A stretch of DNA of 64,000 nucleotides, taken from contig JBIOWE010000004.1 of assembly GCA_044868145.1 (NCBI GenBank), positions 9,395 to 73,394 of the forward strand, read 5' to 3'. A program made the position numbers and the translations under genes. The notes below the pieces were generated by a model. It was not told the DNA's origin. It saw only the letters and a list, made by a program, of their open reading frames with translations, and searched no databases. The stretch comes from Patescibacteria group bacterium (GTDB lineage: Bacteria; Patescibacteriota; Patescibacteriia; UBA10025; JBIOWE01). This document shows, piece by piece, positions 19,502 to 28,407 of this stretch (its first letter is position 1; the number at the start of each line of letters is the position of its first letter).

Positions 19502-19679
19502 TGGACGCGAGAGGAATCGAACCTCTGACCTTACGGACCTGCCCGCCCAAATGTGGGCGCTGCTGGACTCGGACCAGCGACCTTTGCAATGTGAATGCAA
19601 CGCTCTACCAACTGAGCTAAGCGCCCACATTTAGGCGGGTGAATGAACCGTACGCTCTAACCGGCTGAGCTACGCGTCC
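19502..19679 (-). tRNA. Interrupted tRNA with anticodon CAU (Met or Ile2). 5' exon 19643-19679, 3' exon 19502-19538. A 104-nt intervening segment (19539-19642) contains a complete tRNA-Val.
   Basis: 5' half GGACGCGTAGCTCAGCCGGTTAGAGCGTACGGTTCAT and 3' half (GT)CCGTAAGGTCAGAGGTTCGATTCCTCTCGCGTCCA. Perfect 7-bp acceptor stem, D-arm, 5-bp anticodon stem (TACGG/CCGTA) and TTCGATT T-loop. The halves are separated by the inserted segment. No CCA is encoded. Confidence 0.6.
19554..19626 (-). tRNA. tRNA-Val (anticodon CAC), 73 nt, nested inside the anticodon-loop insertion of the tRNA above
   Basis: GGGCGCTTAGCTCAGTTGGTAGAGCGTTGCATTCACATTGCAAAGGTCGCTGGTCCGAGTCCAGCAGCGCCCA. Clean cloverleaf with U33 and A37. 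The T-loop reads TCCGAGT, with C at position 55. No CCA is encoded. Confidence 0.85.
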
Positions 19680-19682
19680 AGT

Positions 19683-19850
19683 CAAAGTCGGGCAGGTGTG
19701 AATGCAACGCTCCTGCCTCTTCGGCAGGTCGCCGTTGTAGCCTCTACGGCTACTCGCCGAGGAGGCGAGAGACGACTAACCGACTGCCTGTCCCGCCGAA
19801 GCCCGAGCTTAGCGAGGAGCGACGGCGGGGAGCTAATTGCCCAAACAAAA
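19683..19850. ncRNA. GC-rich, hairpin-dense region of about 170 nt and unknown identity, directly upstream (minus sense) of the tRNA cluster; candidate structured ncRNA or leader
   Basis: Consecutive stems GGCAGG/CCTGCC (twice), GTAGCC/GGCTAC, TCGCC/GGCGA and CCCGCCG/CGGCGGG. GC content far above the neighbouring DNA. No ORF with an RBS. Confidence 0.25.
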
Positions 19851-19916
19851 AAGCGCTAGAATAAGCAGCATTATATCACGTCACGGGGAAAAATCAAGCC
19901 AAAAAAGCACAATGCT

Positions 19917-20693
19917 TCACGTTGTTTTTCCTCGTGCAGTTCGAAGGCGTAACCGCAGTAATAACCAAAACGTTTCAACCATAATGCGCGGGTTGAATTT
20001 TGAGCGGCCGTGCAATCGCTCCGTGAATACGATGGGGATTTCGAGAACACGTTTCCCTGCGTGCGCAATCTTATACACCATTTCAATTTGGAATGCATAA
20101 CCAAGAGCATCAATGGAGGAAAGGTCAATAGACTCAAGCGCTGATCGCCGATAGCATCGAAATCCCGTGGTCATATCCCGGATCGACAAACCAAGTACGG
20201 TTCGCGCGTAGACATTGCCGAGCCAGCTCACAAAGCGGCGAATGGCATTCCAATTTTGGATCCTGCCGCCCGGAATATATCGTGAGCCAAGTACGAGATC
20301 AGATTGGGTCACTCTCTGGAGAAACGCCGGAATTGCAAAAGGGTCATGTGAACCGTCGGCGTCCATCGTCAAGATGAATGGCGCATTCATGCGGAGCGCC
20401 TCGCGAAACCCGTCCACATATGCACGCCCCAAACCTTGCTTAGACGAACGAACGAGCAGGTGAAGGCGCGGATACATGCCTTGCAATGATCGCACGACAT
20501 CGGTGGTTCCGTCAGGTGAACTGTCATCAATGACCATCACATGCAGGCCGTCGACAGGTAAAGAAAAAAGATCTCGGAGCAGGGCCTCGATCGTTTCTCG
20601 CTCATTATATGTAGGAATAAGCACGAGTGCGTTCATATAAAGTTCTTTCATCATAACACACGAATATAAGCCCGTAAAAATTGACCCGACCAC
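19917..20693 (-). CDS. GT2 family glycosyltransferase, polyprenol-phosphate mannosyl/glucosyl transferase-like (DPM1-like)
   Basis: LIPTYNERETI, VMVIDDSSPDGT, and DADGSHDP (DxD-type) motifs. 258 aa. Confidence 0.85.
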   Translation of the reverse strand: MVGSIFTGLYSCVMMKELYMNALVLIPTYNERETIEALLRDLFSLPVDGLHVMVIDDSSPDGTTDVVRSLQGMYPRLHLLVRSSKQGLGRAYVDGFREALRMNAPFILTMDADGSHDPFAIPAFLQRVTQSDLVLGSRYIPGGRIQNWNAIRRFVSWLGNVYARTVLGLSIRDMTTGFRCYRRSALESIDLSSIDALGYAFQIEMVYKIAHAGKRVLEIPIVFTERLHGRSKFNPRIMVETFWLLLRLRLRTARGKTT

Positions 20694-20708
20694 GCTGCTC
20701 GAGTATAC

Positions 20709-22235
20709 TTGAAAGGTTCAAAAACGATGCCGGATTTTATCAAGACAGAGCAAACACCGCCGATCCCGACAGTCCCTCCCGTTCAGCCCTCGTACCAGCG
20801 CAAGCGACGTTTGTCGTTCCTTGCGAAGTCTGTTATTGTACTCGTAATTGTTATTGTGTTACTGGTCGGCGGCATCGCAGCAAAAGTCGTGATGTCGATT
20901 AACAGCACGAATCAACAATCAGGCGAGCGCGTTTCGTTTTTTCAGCAAATCGCCCACCTTGTGGTGAATCCGGAAAAAAGCTTAACCGGAGAAACCGACG
21001 ACCGCATCAATATTCTGCTGCTCGGGATTGGCGGCGCCGGCCACGAAGGGCCACTCCTGACGGACACCATTATTGTCTTAAGCATCAAACCGTCGACCGC
21101 GGACGTGGCCATGATTTCTCTGCCCCGCGATCTTCTTGTGGAATTTCCAAAATATGGATTCCGAAAAATCAACAACATGCTTGCCTTTGCGCAGGATATC
21201 GACTATCAGGGCGAGCTGGAAGTATACGCGTCGGAAATTGTCGGCTCCGTGATCGGCGTGCCGATTCACTATTTTGCTCGTATTGATTTTAAAGGTTTTG
21301 AAAAAATTATTGACGACCTTGGTGGCGTTGATATTTATGTTGATCAGGCATTCACCGATTATCAGTACCCCGACGAGAACTATGGCTTCGAACCGGTAAC
21401 ATTCCAACAGGGCTGGGAGCACATGAATGGAGCCCGGGCGCTCAAATACGTTCGCTCCCGCCACGGGACGAATGGCGAGGGATCGGATTTCGCTCGATCG
21501 AGGCGCCAACAAAAAGTTTTGATCGCGGTCAAGCAAAAACTTCTGGGCGTGAATGCGCTGCTTGCGCCGACAACGATCGTGAATGCGCTGAATGATTTGG
21601 GAAGCCACAGTAAAACGAATTTGGAAGTATGGCAAATGTTGAAACTCGGGAAATTCGCCCCGAAAATCCAGGACGGAGCGTTTATCACCCGCGTGTTCGA
21701 TGCATCGCCGGAAAGCCCCTTGAAAGCGATTACGACGGACCAAGGTGCCTACGCCCTTGTGCCGAAAGATGGCAGTTTCGGCGAAGTTCGGTTTATAACG
21801 CGCAATATTTTCACGCTTGGCGCGATCGCCCGAGAGAATGCGCGCATCAAAATTCAAAACGGCACGACGGTTGCTGGCCTTGGACAAACAATCGCCTCGG
21901 AACTCTCCGGCCTTGGCTATACGATTTCCTCGGTGGCAAACGCTCAGGCAAAAGACTATACAAAAACGATTGTATACGATCTTTCCGGCGGCACAAAACC
22001 GCTCACGCTGGCGACCTTACAAGCAAAACTGAACGCAAAAGTGGTGAGCGCATTGCCCACACTGGTGTCACCCTCCGACCAGCTCAACTATGAAGACATT
22101 CGTGCAAAGGACATCGCTCAAATACAAGCCACGTCCAGCGGCTCGTTTGATTTTGTGGTTATTGTTGGGAGCGACCAGGCATCCTCAAGCAATTCAGCCG
22201 CAACATCGCGAACGATTCTCAAGCAAAACTCATAA
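20709..22235 (+). CDS. LytR-CpsA-Psr (LCP) family cell-envelope phosphotransferase with an N-terminal TM anchor and a C-terminal LytR_C-like domain
   Basis: INILLLGIGGAGHEGPLLTDTIIVLSI...ISLPRDL core motifs. The start may be the ATG at 20727 (MPDFIK). Confidence 0.85.
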   Translation: MKGSKTMPDFIKTEQTPPIPTVPPVQPSYQRKRRLSFLAKSVIVLVIVIVLLVGGIAAKVVMSINSTNQQSGERVSFFQQIAHLVVNPEKSLTGETDDRINILLLGIGGAGHEGPLLTDTIIVLSIKPSTADVAMISLPRDLLVEFPKYGFRKINNMLAFAQDIDYQGELEVYASEIVGSVIGVPIHYFARIDFKGFEKIIDDLGGVDIYVDQAFTDYQYPDENYGFEPVTFQQGWEHMNGARALKYVRSRHGTNGEGSDFARSRRQQKVLIAVKQKLLGVNALLAPTTIVNALNDLGSHSKTNLEVWQMLKLGKFAPKIQDGAFITRVFDASPESPLKAITTDQGAYALVPKDGSFGEVRFITRNIFTLGAIARENARIKIQNGTTVAGLGQTIASELSGLGYTISSVANAQAKDYTKTIVYDLSGGTKPLTLATLQAKLNAKVVSALPTLVSPSDQLNYEDIRAKDIAQIQATSSGSFDFVVIVGSDQASSSNSAATSRTILKQNS

Positions 22236-22240
22236 GCTCT

Positions 22241-22795
22241 ATGAAGTTGATTGTGGGTCTCGGCAATCCGGGCAAAAAGCACGAGCATACCCGACACAAT
22301 ATCGGGTTTATTGTTTTGGATATGATTCAGAAAACATTGCAAGCGCCGGATTTTCGATTGGAAAAAAAGTTTGACGCCGAAGTTGCGGCCATCGAACAAT
22401 CTAGCGAACGCATCATCCTCGCCAAACCGCATTCATTCATGAACCAGTCGGGCCAGCCCGTACAACACATCGTGGGGTTCTACAAACTTTTATCCGAGGA
22501 TCTCTGGGTCGTGCACGATGAAATAGACCTCCCACTTGGGACGATTCGCATATCAAAAAACGTGTCTCCGGCCGGACACCATGGGATTGAGTCAATCGTC
22601 CAGCATCTTGGCACCCAGGATTTTATACGATTTCGAGTTGGCATTGCGTCCAACACAATGCCCAAAGAAACGACGAACTACGTGCTGGCGAAATTTGCCA
22701 AAGACGAATGGCTCCAGCCGGCTACCAAAACCGTACAATCCATCGAGGAAGCTTTACGAAATGGTGTTGAGTCAGCGATGAATCAATATAATTAA
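22241..22795 (+). CDS. pth: Peptidyl-tRNA hydrolase
   Basis: MKLIVGLGNPG...H(T)RHNIGF catalytic His motif. 184 aa. Confidence 0.95.
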   Translation: MKLIVGLGNPGKKHEHTRHNIGFIVLDMIQKTLQAPDFRLEKKFDAEVAAIEQSSERIILAKPHSFMNQSGQPVQHIVGFYKLLSEDLWVVHDEIDLPLGTIRISKNVSPAGHHGIESIVQHLGTQDFIRFRVGIASNTMPKETTNYVLAKFAKDEWLQPATKTVQSIEEALRNGVESAMNQYN

Positions 22796-22896
22796 TCCCC
22801 ACACCAACTTCAAAATAGTTTGAATAATGATGAAGTTTGTTTTACGGAACAAGCTTCGTTGTAGAACAAAGATTTTTCTTGAAGTTGGTGTGGGGA
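22796..22896 (+). terminator. Long hairpin immediately after pth: 18-bp perfect stem (TCCCCACACCAACTTCAA / TTGAAGTTGGTGTGGGGA) enclosing a loop of about 65 nt; terminator or structured element
   Basis: Perfect inverted repeat read directly. It is followed by ATTAAAAAG, which is not a clean U-tract. Confidence 0.4.
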
Positions 22897-22899
22897 TTA

Positions 22900-22929
22900 A
22901 AAAGCCCTCTTATCATCTAAGAGGGCTTG
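22900..22929 (-). terminator. Rho-independent terminator for the minus-strand gene 22941..23411
   Basis: On the minus strand: AAGCCCTCTTAGATGATAAGAGGGCTTTTT, a GC hairpin followed by T5. Confidence 0.65.
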
Positions 22930-22940
22930 GGTTGCGGAGG

Positions 22941-23411
22941 TTACCAGGTAATACCTACCTCCTTAATCTTTTTCAGAAGATCCTCGGTCTCCACGACAAA
23001 AGGTGACAAGCGTTCAATCAAAGATTTGACCTGATCGCTCCAATATCCATTGGCATTAGAGTATACACCATTCTTTTGAGCGGTCTTGAGCCGTTTGAAA
23101 AAATTGACCGCCGAAACCAATTGCTTTCTGCAATTCGGTACAATTGATACAAACTGTACTGTAATCGGTTCAAGCTGCTTGAGCTTTGCGAGAGGAAATT
23201 GTTTTAGCCTCACCCCGGAAGCAATTGCCTCGGATGCTTCAAGCAACGAATTATAGCAGGGCACGATCTTGTGATAAAGATCCACAACTTCTTTCAGCTG
23301 CAAATCCGCCGTCTCGGCAATTTCCACTTTCCCTCCTTCTTTTTTAATTTTCCTTTTTACTTTTTCATTTTTAATTTGAAACGTCCGGCTGTAACTGCCC
23401 AGCAAGCGCAA
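22941..23411 (-). CDS. Hypothetical protein of 156 aa with no internal Met; the implied start is non-ATG (TTG at 23409-23411)
   Basis: ORF with its own downstream terminator hairpin. No recognisable motifs. The start codon is uncertain. Confidence 0.45.
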   Translation of the reverse strand: MRLLGSYSRTFQIKNEKVKRKIKKEGGKVEIAETADLQLKEVVDLYHKIVPCYNSLLEASEAIASGVRLKQFPLAKLKQLEPITVQFVSIVPNCRKQLVSAVNFFKRLKTAQKNGVYSNANGYWSDQVKSLIERLSPFVVETEDLLKKIKEVGITW

Positions 23412-23567
23412 GATCTCACAGTATGAACTGTAAAACCTTAACTTGTGGCTACTTGTCTAGATTAGGAGGGATACCTAGATGTTCACCGCTTGCTAGACAG
23501 ATAAAGAAGGACCTTTCCAAATCGCGGGAAATAGTGTAACATACAACACTAGCAGATACAAAGACGC

Positions 23568-26500
23568 ATGTCAAGACCTCTGGCACATCAGAGAGGCGAA
23601 TTTTTGGCTCAAGTAAAGGAAAAGACCGAAACCGTTTCAAATAGGAAGTCGGTTGAGGCAGCCCTGAAAGAACTTAAAACCATCTACATCACGGGCTTCC
23701 CCCATCTTTCGTCTCTCACGTATTTTCTCGTTCATCATGCCCCTCTCAAAGAGCGGGCGGTGTTCTGGTTTTGTCGAGGTGAAGAGGAATCCCGCATTGA
23801 GCGGTTCATCCGATATTGGAACCCGGAGGCGCGCGTGGAACTCCTGGACGCGATGACACCGGCCGTTTTGGTTGACTGTTTGGCTGGTCGGCCCATGGTC
23901 ATCATTGTATCAATAGACAAACTTCAGACGACACGTATACCCGACCCCGAGCATTTCGAGTCTTCTTTTTTCACGCTAACCGAAGGCATGCGAGAAGCGC
24001 CCGCCACGATCAGCCAAAAACTGATTGAGTTGGGATACGAATTCGGGAAACAGGCCGATATGGCCGGTATGTTTGCACGCCGCGGGGGCATTCTTGACGT
24101 GTATCCGCCTAATGGTTCCGCACCCATCCGAATCGAGTGCGCGGATCACCAAATTGCAACTATCCATCGGGTTGACGCAAAAACGAAAAAAATCACGGGT
24201 AATATGAAACGCATGGATATTATGCCGATGCGCTTCTTAACGCACGAATCGACGCTGCTTGACCATCTGCCCAACATCCCTCGCCCTCTCATTTTCTACA
24301 GCGACCCAGATGAACTGACTATTCAATATAGCGAGTGGCGCGACATTGAGAAAAAATTTGCGCCTATGCAAAGAATTATCTACGAAACATTTGCAAAGCG
24401 GGCAATCAGTTTCGACTTCGAGTCTGCGCCAATGTACCATAAAAATTTTCGCGAGCTCGCAAACGATCTCAAGCGGTATCGCGATATGAAATGGCAGATA
24501 ACCATTGCAACAAAACGTGACGAAGCGATAACGCGCGTGCTCCAAGAATTTGCCATAGGGAAAAAGGGCGTCCGCGTGGTACCGAGTGTGCCGGAATTGG
24601 AAGGATGGAGAAGCGCGAGAGAGCGCTTGCTTATTCTGACGGACAAAGAGGTGTTCGGTCGGGAGAGAGAGTCTGCGCCTGCGCCGCTCAAAAATGGTGA
24701 GCGAAAAAAATCACTGCTCGATGCGCTTATCATGGAGCTCAACCCTGGGGATTTCGTCGTGCACGCAGACCACGGAATTGGAAAATTCGTCGGCATGGAA
24801 AAAAATAAAGTAGACGAGATTATTCGCGAATACTTTGTCCTTGAGTATGCGGATGGCGACAAGCTTTCCGTGCCGATTGAAAATGCAGACAAGTTATCGA
24901 AATATATTGGGGTTATCCATCCAAAACTTCATCGTTTATCCGGCGGGGGTTGGCAACTTGTAACAAAAAAGGTACTAGAAGAAACAAAAAATATCGCGAA
25001 GGAACTTCTTGAACTTTATGCGCGCCGACAAACAGTCAAAACGGAACCGTTTCGAAACGACGCGCAAGAGGAGGAGGAACTTGCTAAATCATTTCCCTAC
25101 GACGAAACGCCAGACCAGCTGCAAGCGCTGGCGGAGGTAACGCAGGATCTGATGAATGATACGCCGACCGACCGACTCATCTGCGGGGACGTTGGCTTTG
25201 GCAAAACGGAGATAGCGATTCGCGCCGCGATGAAGGCAGTCATGAATAATGCGCAAGTAGCATTGCTCGCGCCCACAACCATTTTGACGCAACAGCACTA
25301 CGACACCATTCGAGAACGGCTCAAGCAATTCCCTATCAACGTAACGGTCTTAAGTCGTTTCCAATCGACAAGCGAACAAAAGAAAACGGTGAGCGAACTC
25401 GCAAACGGAACAGCTGACATTGTCATAGGAACACACCGGTTGCTCTCCCCTGATATACATTTCAAACACCTCGGCCTCATTATTATTGATGAAGAGCAGC
25501 GCTTCGGCGTTCGCGCTAAGGAGAAGCTCAAGGCACTCCGAACCCAAGCGCACGTGCTCACGCTGACGGCAACGCCGATCCCTCGAACGCTCAACCTTGG
25601 ATTATCAGGTATTCGAGACATGAGCATCATCCAGACGCCGCCGGAGGGCCGCTTACCCATTGTCAGCATCATCGAGCCACACTCGCCAAAAACAGTCAAA
25701 GATGCGATCAGTCAAGAATTGAAGCGTAATGGCCAGGTGTACTACCTGTATAACAAAGTAGAAACGATCGGCATCAAAGCCAAGGAAATAAGTCGCCTTT
25801 TTCCGAACATCAAAGTAGGCATCGTGCACGGGCGACTGCCAGAACGCGAACTCGCCCACACGATGCAAGCGTTCGATACGGGCAAAATCAACGTCCTTGC
25901 ATGCTCGACGATCATTGAAAACGGGCTCGATCTTCCGAACGTGAACACGCTGATTGTTGATAACGCGACGCAATTCGGCCTCGCCCAACTGTACCAGCTC
26001 CGGGGCCGTATTGGACGAGGCACGCGACAAGCGTACGCGTACTTTCTTTATCACAGCCGCAAGCTCAAGGGTAACGCGAAAAAACGCCTGCAAGCACTCC
26101 TGGAAGCGCGTCGGCTTGGCACGGGATTTCAGCTTGCACTCAGGGATCTCGAAATCCGAGGCGCCGGCGACATCCTCGGAAAAAAACAGCATGGCCATAT
26201 CATTGCGATCGGATACAATTTATACACCAGACTTCTCGCGCAAGCGATTGAGGAACTGCGAACTGGGATACCACAAGGCCCGTTCCGCGACATCGCCATC
26301 GACCTGCCGCTTGAAGCGTACATCCCAAAAACACTGATTCCCGAGCAGGAACAGCGCATCATCCTCTATCAAAAATTAGCGAGCGTGCCAAGCGTTGAAG
26401 CGCTGCGCACTCTGAAAAAAACAATGGAGAAAAACAAAAAGCTGCCGCGTGAACTCGATAACCTCTTTCACCTGCTTGAAATTCGCGTGCTTGCCCAAAA

Positions 26501-26735
26501 AACCGATATCGCAACGATCGACACTGTCCACCTTGCTACCGCCAGCTATGAAAAACAAAAACGACTTTTCATTAAATTCATTGGGCAAATTCACCCAGAA
26601 CAAATAGCCCGCCTTTTGCAACAAGACGAGCGGTGGCAGTTTACACAGGATTCGATTAAGATTGATTTTCCCAGTCTTGGAGATCAGTGGTTAGAAAAAC
26701 TGAAAAAAGTCATCAGGATTTTCCAGCGACAATAG
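23568..26735 (+). CDS. mfd: Transcription-repair coupling factor Mfd
   Basis: 1055 aa. Walker A GDVGFGKTEIAIRAA, DEEQRFG helicase motif II, and the overall Mfd length and architecture. Confidence 0.95.
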   Translation: MSRPLAHQRGEFLAQVKEKTETVSNRKSVEAALKELKTIYITGFPHLSSLTYFLVHHAPLKERAVFWFCRGEEESRIERFIRYWNPEARVELLDAMTPAVLVDCLAGRPMVIIVSIDKLQTTRIPDPEHFESSFFTLTEGMREAPATISQKLIELGYEFGKQADMAGMFARRGGILDVYPPNGSAPIRIECADHQIATIHRVDAKTKKITGNMKRMDIMPMRFLTHESTLLDHLPNIPRPLIFYSDPDELTIQYSEWRDIEKKFAPMQRIIYETFAKRAISFDFESAPMYHKNFRELANDLKRYRDMKWQITIATKRDEAITRVLQEFAIGKKGVRVVPSVPELEGWRSARERLLILTDKEVFGRERESAPAPLKNGERKKSLLDALIMELNPGDFVVHADHGIGKFVGMEKNKVDEIIREYFVLEYADGDKLSVPIENADKLSKYIGVIHPKLHRLSGGGWQLVTKKVLEETKNIAKELLELYARRQTVKTEPFRNDAQEEEELAKSFPYDETPDQLQALAEVTQDLMNDTPTDRLICGDVGFGKTEIAIRAAMKAVMNNAQVALLAPTTILTQQHYDTIRERLKQFPINVTVLSRFQSTSEQKKTVSELANGTADIVIGTHRLLSPDIHFKHLGLIIIDEEQRFGVRAKEKLKALRTQAHVLTLTATPIPRTLNLGLSGIRDMSIIQTPPEGRLPIVSIIEPHSPKTVKDAISQELKRNGQVYYLYNKVETIGIKAKEISRLFPNIKVGIVHGRLPERELAHTMQAFDTGKINVLACSTIIENGLDLPNVNTLIVDNATQFGLAQLYQLRGRIGRGTRQAYAYFLYHSRKLKGNAKKRLQALLEARRLGTGFQLALRDLEIRGAGDILGKKQHGHIIAIGYNLYTRLLAQAIEELRTGIPQGPFRDIAIDLPLEAYIPKTLIPEQEQRIILYQKLASVPSVEALRTLKKTMEKNKKLPRELDNLFHLLEIRVLAQKTDIATIDTVHLATASYEKQKRLFIKFIGQIHPEQIARLLQQDERWQFTQDSIKIDFPSLGDQWLEKLKKVIRIFQRQ

Positions 26736-26736
26736 A

Positions 26737-26952
26737 CTATTCTTTGGGAAACATGTCCTGTTGGTCGTCCATCCCGAGTGCGCGGCGAATTTTTCTTTTG
26801 GAGGCTTCAATGCTTTTCTTTCGCTGCTCCTCATCTTCTTGCGTTGTCATCTTGCCTCCATATTGTTCTTGAATGCGCCAACTCTCGTTTTCCTCGGATG
26901 GAGGTGCGTCTTCTTCCTCTGTAATTTCGGGTGTTGATTCGGGTGATCTTGG
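26737..26952 (-). CDS. Small acidic hypothetical protein of about 72 aa (MPRSPESTPEITEEEDAPPSEENESW...)
   Basis: An internal ATG at 26950-26952 is preceded by CAGGAGAGG with correct spacing. The longer ORF in the track has no RBS. Confidence 0.45.
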   Translation of the reverse strand, partial: PRSPESTPEITEEEDAPPSEENESWRIQEQYGGKMTTQEDEEQRKKSIEASKRKIRRALGMDDQQDMFPKE

Positions 26953-27073
26953 CATATTGATTCCTCTCCTGTATACTAATTTTAAGTATAGCAAACTGAC
27001 CGGTAATAGCCCATAGAACAAACCTTCCCCACAAAGGAAGTTTTTTAACAAAAAAAGAGCGCTGATGCGCTCT

Positions 27074-27265
27074 TCAGGATGAGAAAACCTCTCGTGTAAT
27101 CTCGACGTTTTCTGGACCAAATACATTTAATACCTCTTGTACGATTTTTTCTGCTTTCTCTTTGGAGAGAACAACCGGTGTCTTACTTGGACACGACTCT
27201 GAGTGATGCCCTCGGCAATGGGGACACCAAGGATCTCTACGCCTTCCATTCTTTTTACTATTCAT
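27074..27265 (-). CDS. Small basic protein of about 63 aa with a CPHC...C zinc-ribbon-like motif (MNSKKNGRRRDPWCPHCRGHHSESCP...)
   Basis: ATG at 27263-27265 preceded by AAGGAGGG. The Cys/His cluster suggests Zn binding. Confidence 0.45.
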   Translation of the reverse strand: MNSKKNGRRRDPWCPHCRGHHSESCPSKTPVVLSKEKAEKIVQEVLNVFGPENVEITREVFSS

Positions 27266-27287
27266 TTTTCCCTCCTTATTTTTTTCC

Positions 27288-28400
27288 ATGATAGCAAACC
27301 AACGACAAATTGTCAAGGGTGATGCTCCCTACTGGGTGGCCATTTCTTTCGTTGAGAATTTTGGTCCGCAAAAATTTAAGAGACTCGCAATGTTCTTTCC
27401 AGATATGAAAACCGCTTGGGAAGCGTCCGAGAAAGAATTACTCTGGGCGGGTCTTGCGGAAAAAGACGTTGACGCAATAAAGCAGCAGCGCGCGACGCTC
27501 GACCCCCATGCAACATGGGCGCACCTGGGCACTCTCGGCATTCGCGCAATCACCTTGCAAGACCCTGAGTATCCGGATCTGCTCAAGCAAATTTACGGGC
27601 CACCTCCGGTTCTTTATGCAAAGGGGCGCTCGCTCAAGCGAATTCAGCCAATTATTGCCGTGGTGGGAACGCGCAACATGACATCGTATGGAAGAATGGC
27701 TACCGAATCAATTGTCCATGACCTCGCTCGAGCAGGTGTTGTTATTGTATCCGGACTCGCGCTCGGGATTGATGCGGAAGCGCACGCTGCATGCCTGCAA
27801 GCGAAAGGGGTGACTATAGCGGTGCTCGGCAGCGGATTAGCGCAGATTTATCCGCGCGAAAACGAGCGCCTTGCTAAACGCATTGAACAACAAGGCACGC
27901 TCGTCAGCGAATACCCGCCGCACGTGCGCCCACAAAAATACCATTTCCCAGTGCGCAATAGGATCATAGCCGGACTCGCGCTCGGCACGATCGTGATTGA
28001 GGGCGACGAAGATTCAGGATCTCTGATCACGGCGAGGAGAGCGCTTGATGAAAATCGCGACGTGTTTGCGGTACCAGGCAACATTTTTCACGCCTCTTCA
28101 CGCGGCCCCAACGCGCTTATTCAAATGGGGGCAAAACCGGTCGTGTCGGCTCGAGACGTGCTCGAGGCGCTCGACATCAAGCAAGTCGAACAAATGGTCG
28201 CAGTCCAGGAGTCTTTTGGGGATACGACGGAGGAAAAAATCGTACTCGAACTACTCACGGGTGAACCCCTGCACATTGACGAATTAATTAAGAGGAGTAA
28301 ACTGGAAACCAGCGTTGTACATTCAACGCTCACCCTTCTCGAAATGAAGGGATTAGCGAAAAATACCGGCGCTATGCAATACGTGCGAGCCCGTAAATAA
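27288..28400 (+). CDS. dprA: DNA processing protein DprA/Smf
   Basis: IAVVGTRNMTSYG...SGLALGIDAEAH...FAVPG Rossmann-like DprA core, plus a C-terminal winged-helix domain. Confidence 0.9.
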   Translation: MIANQRQIVKGDAPYWVAISFVENFGPQKFKRLAMFFPDMKTAWEASEKELLWAGLAEKDVDAIKQQRATLDPHATWAHLGTLGIRAITLQDPEYPDLLKQIYGPPPVLYAKGRSLKRIQPIIAVVGTRNMTSYGRMATESIVHDLARAGVVIVSGLALGIDAEAHAACLQAKGVTIAVLGSGLAQIYPRENERLAKRIEQQGTLVSEYPPHVRPQKYHFPVRNRIIAGLALGTIVIEGDEDSGSLITARRALDENRDVFAVPGNIFHASSRGPNALIQMGAKPVVSARDVLEALDIKQVEQMVAVQESFGDTTEEKIVLELLTGEPLHIDELIKRSKLETSVVHSTLTLLEMKGLAKNTGAMQYVRARK

Positions 28401-28407
28401 CCGCTCC

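Noticed and set aside
19683-19850. RNase P RNA, SRP (4.5S) RNA or tmRNA identity for the structured region
   Set aside because: I looked for AAAGUCCGGG (P4), GGAAGCAGC (SRP domain IV) and tmRNA tRNA-like ends on both strands and found none. The region is left as an unidentified candidate.
21078-21887. 269-aa minus-strand ORF
   Set aside because: It is antisense to the LCP gene, has no RBS, and has biased composition.
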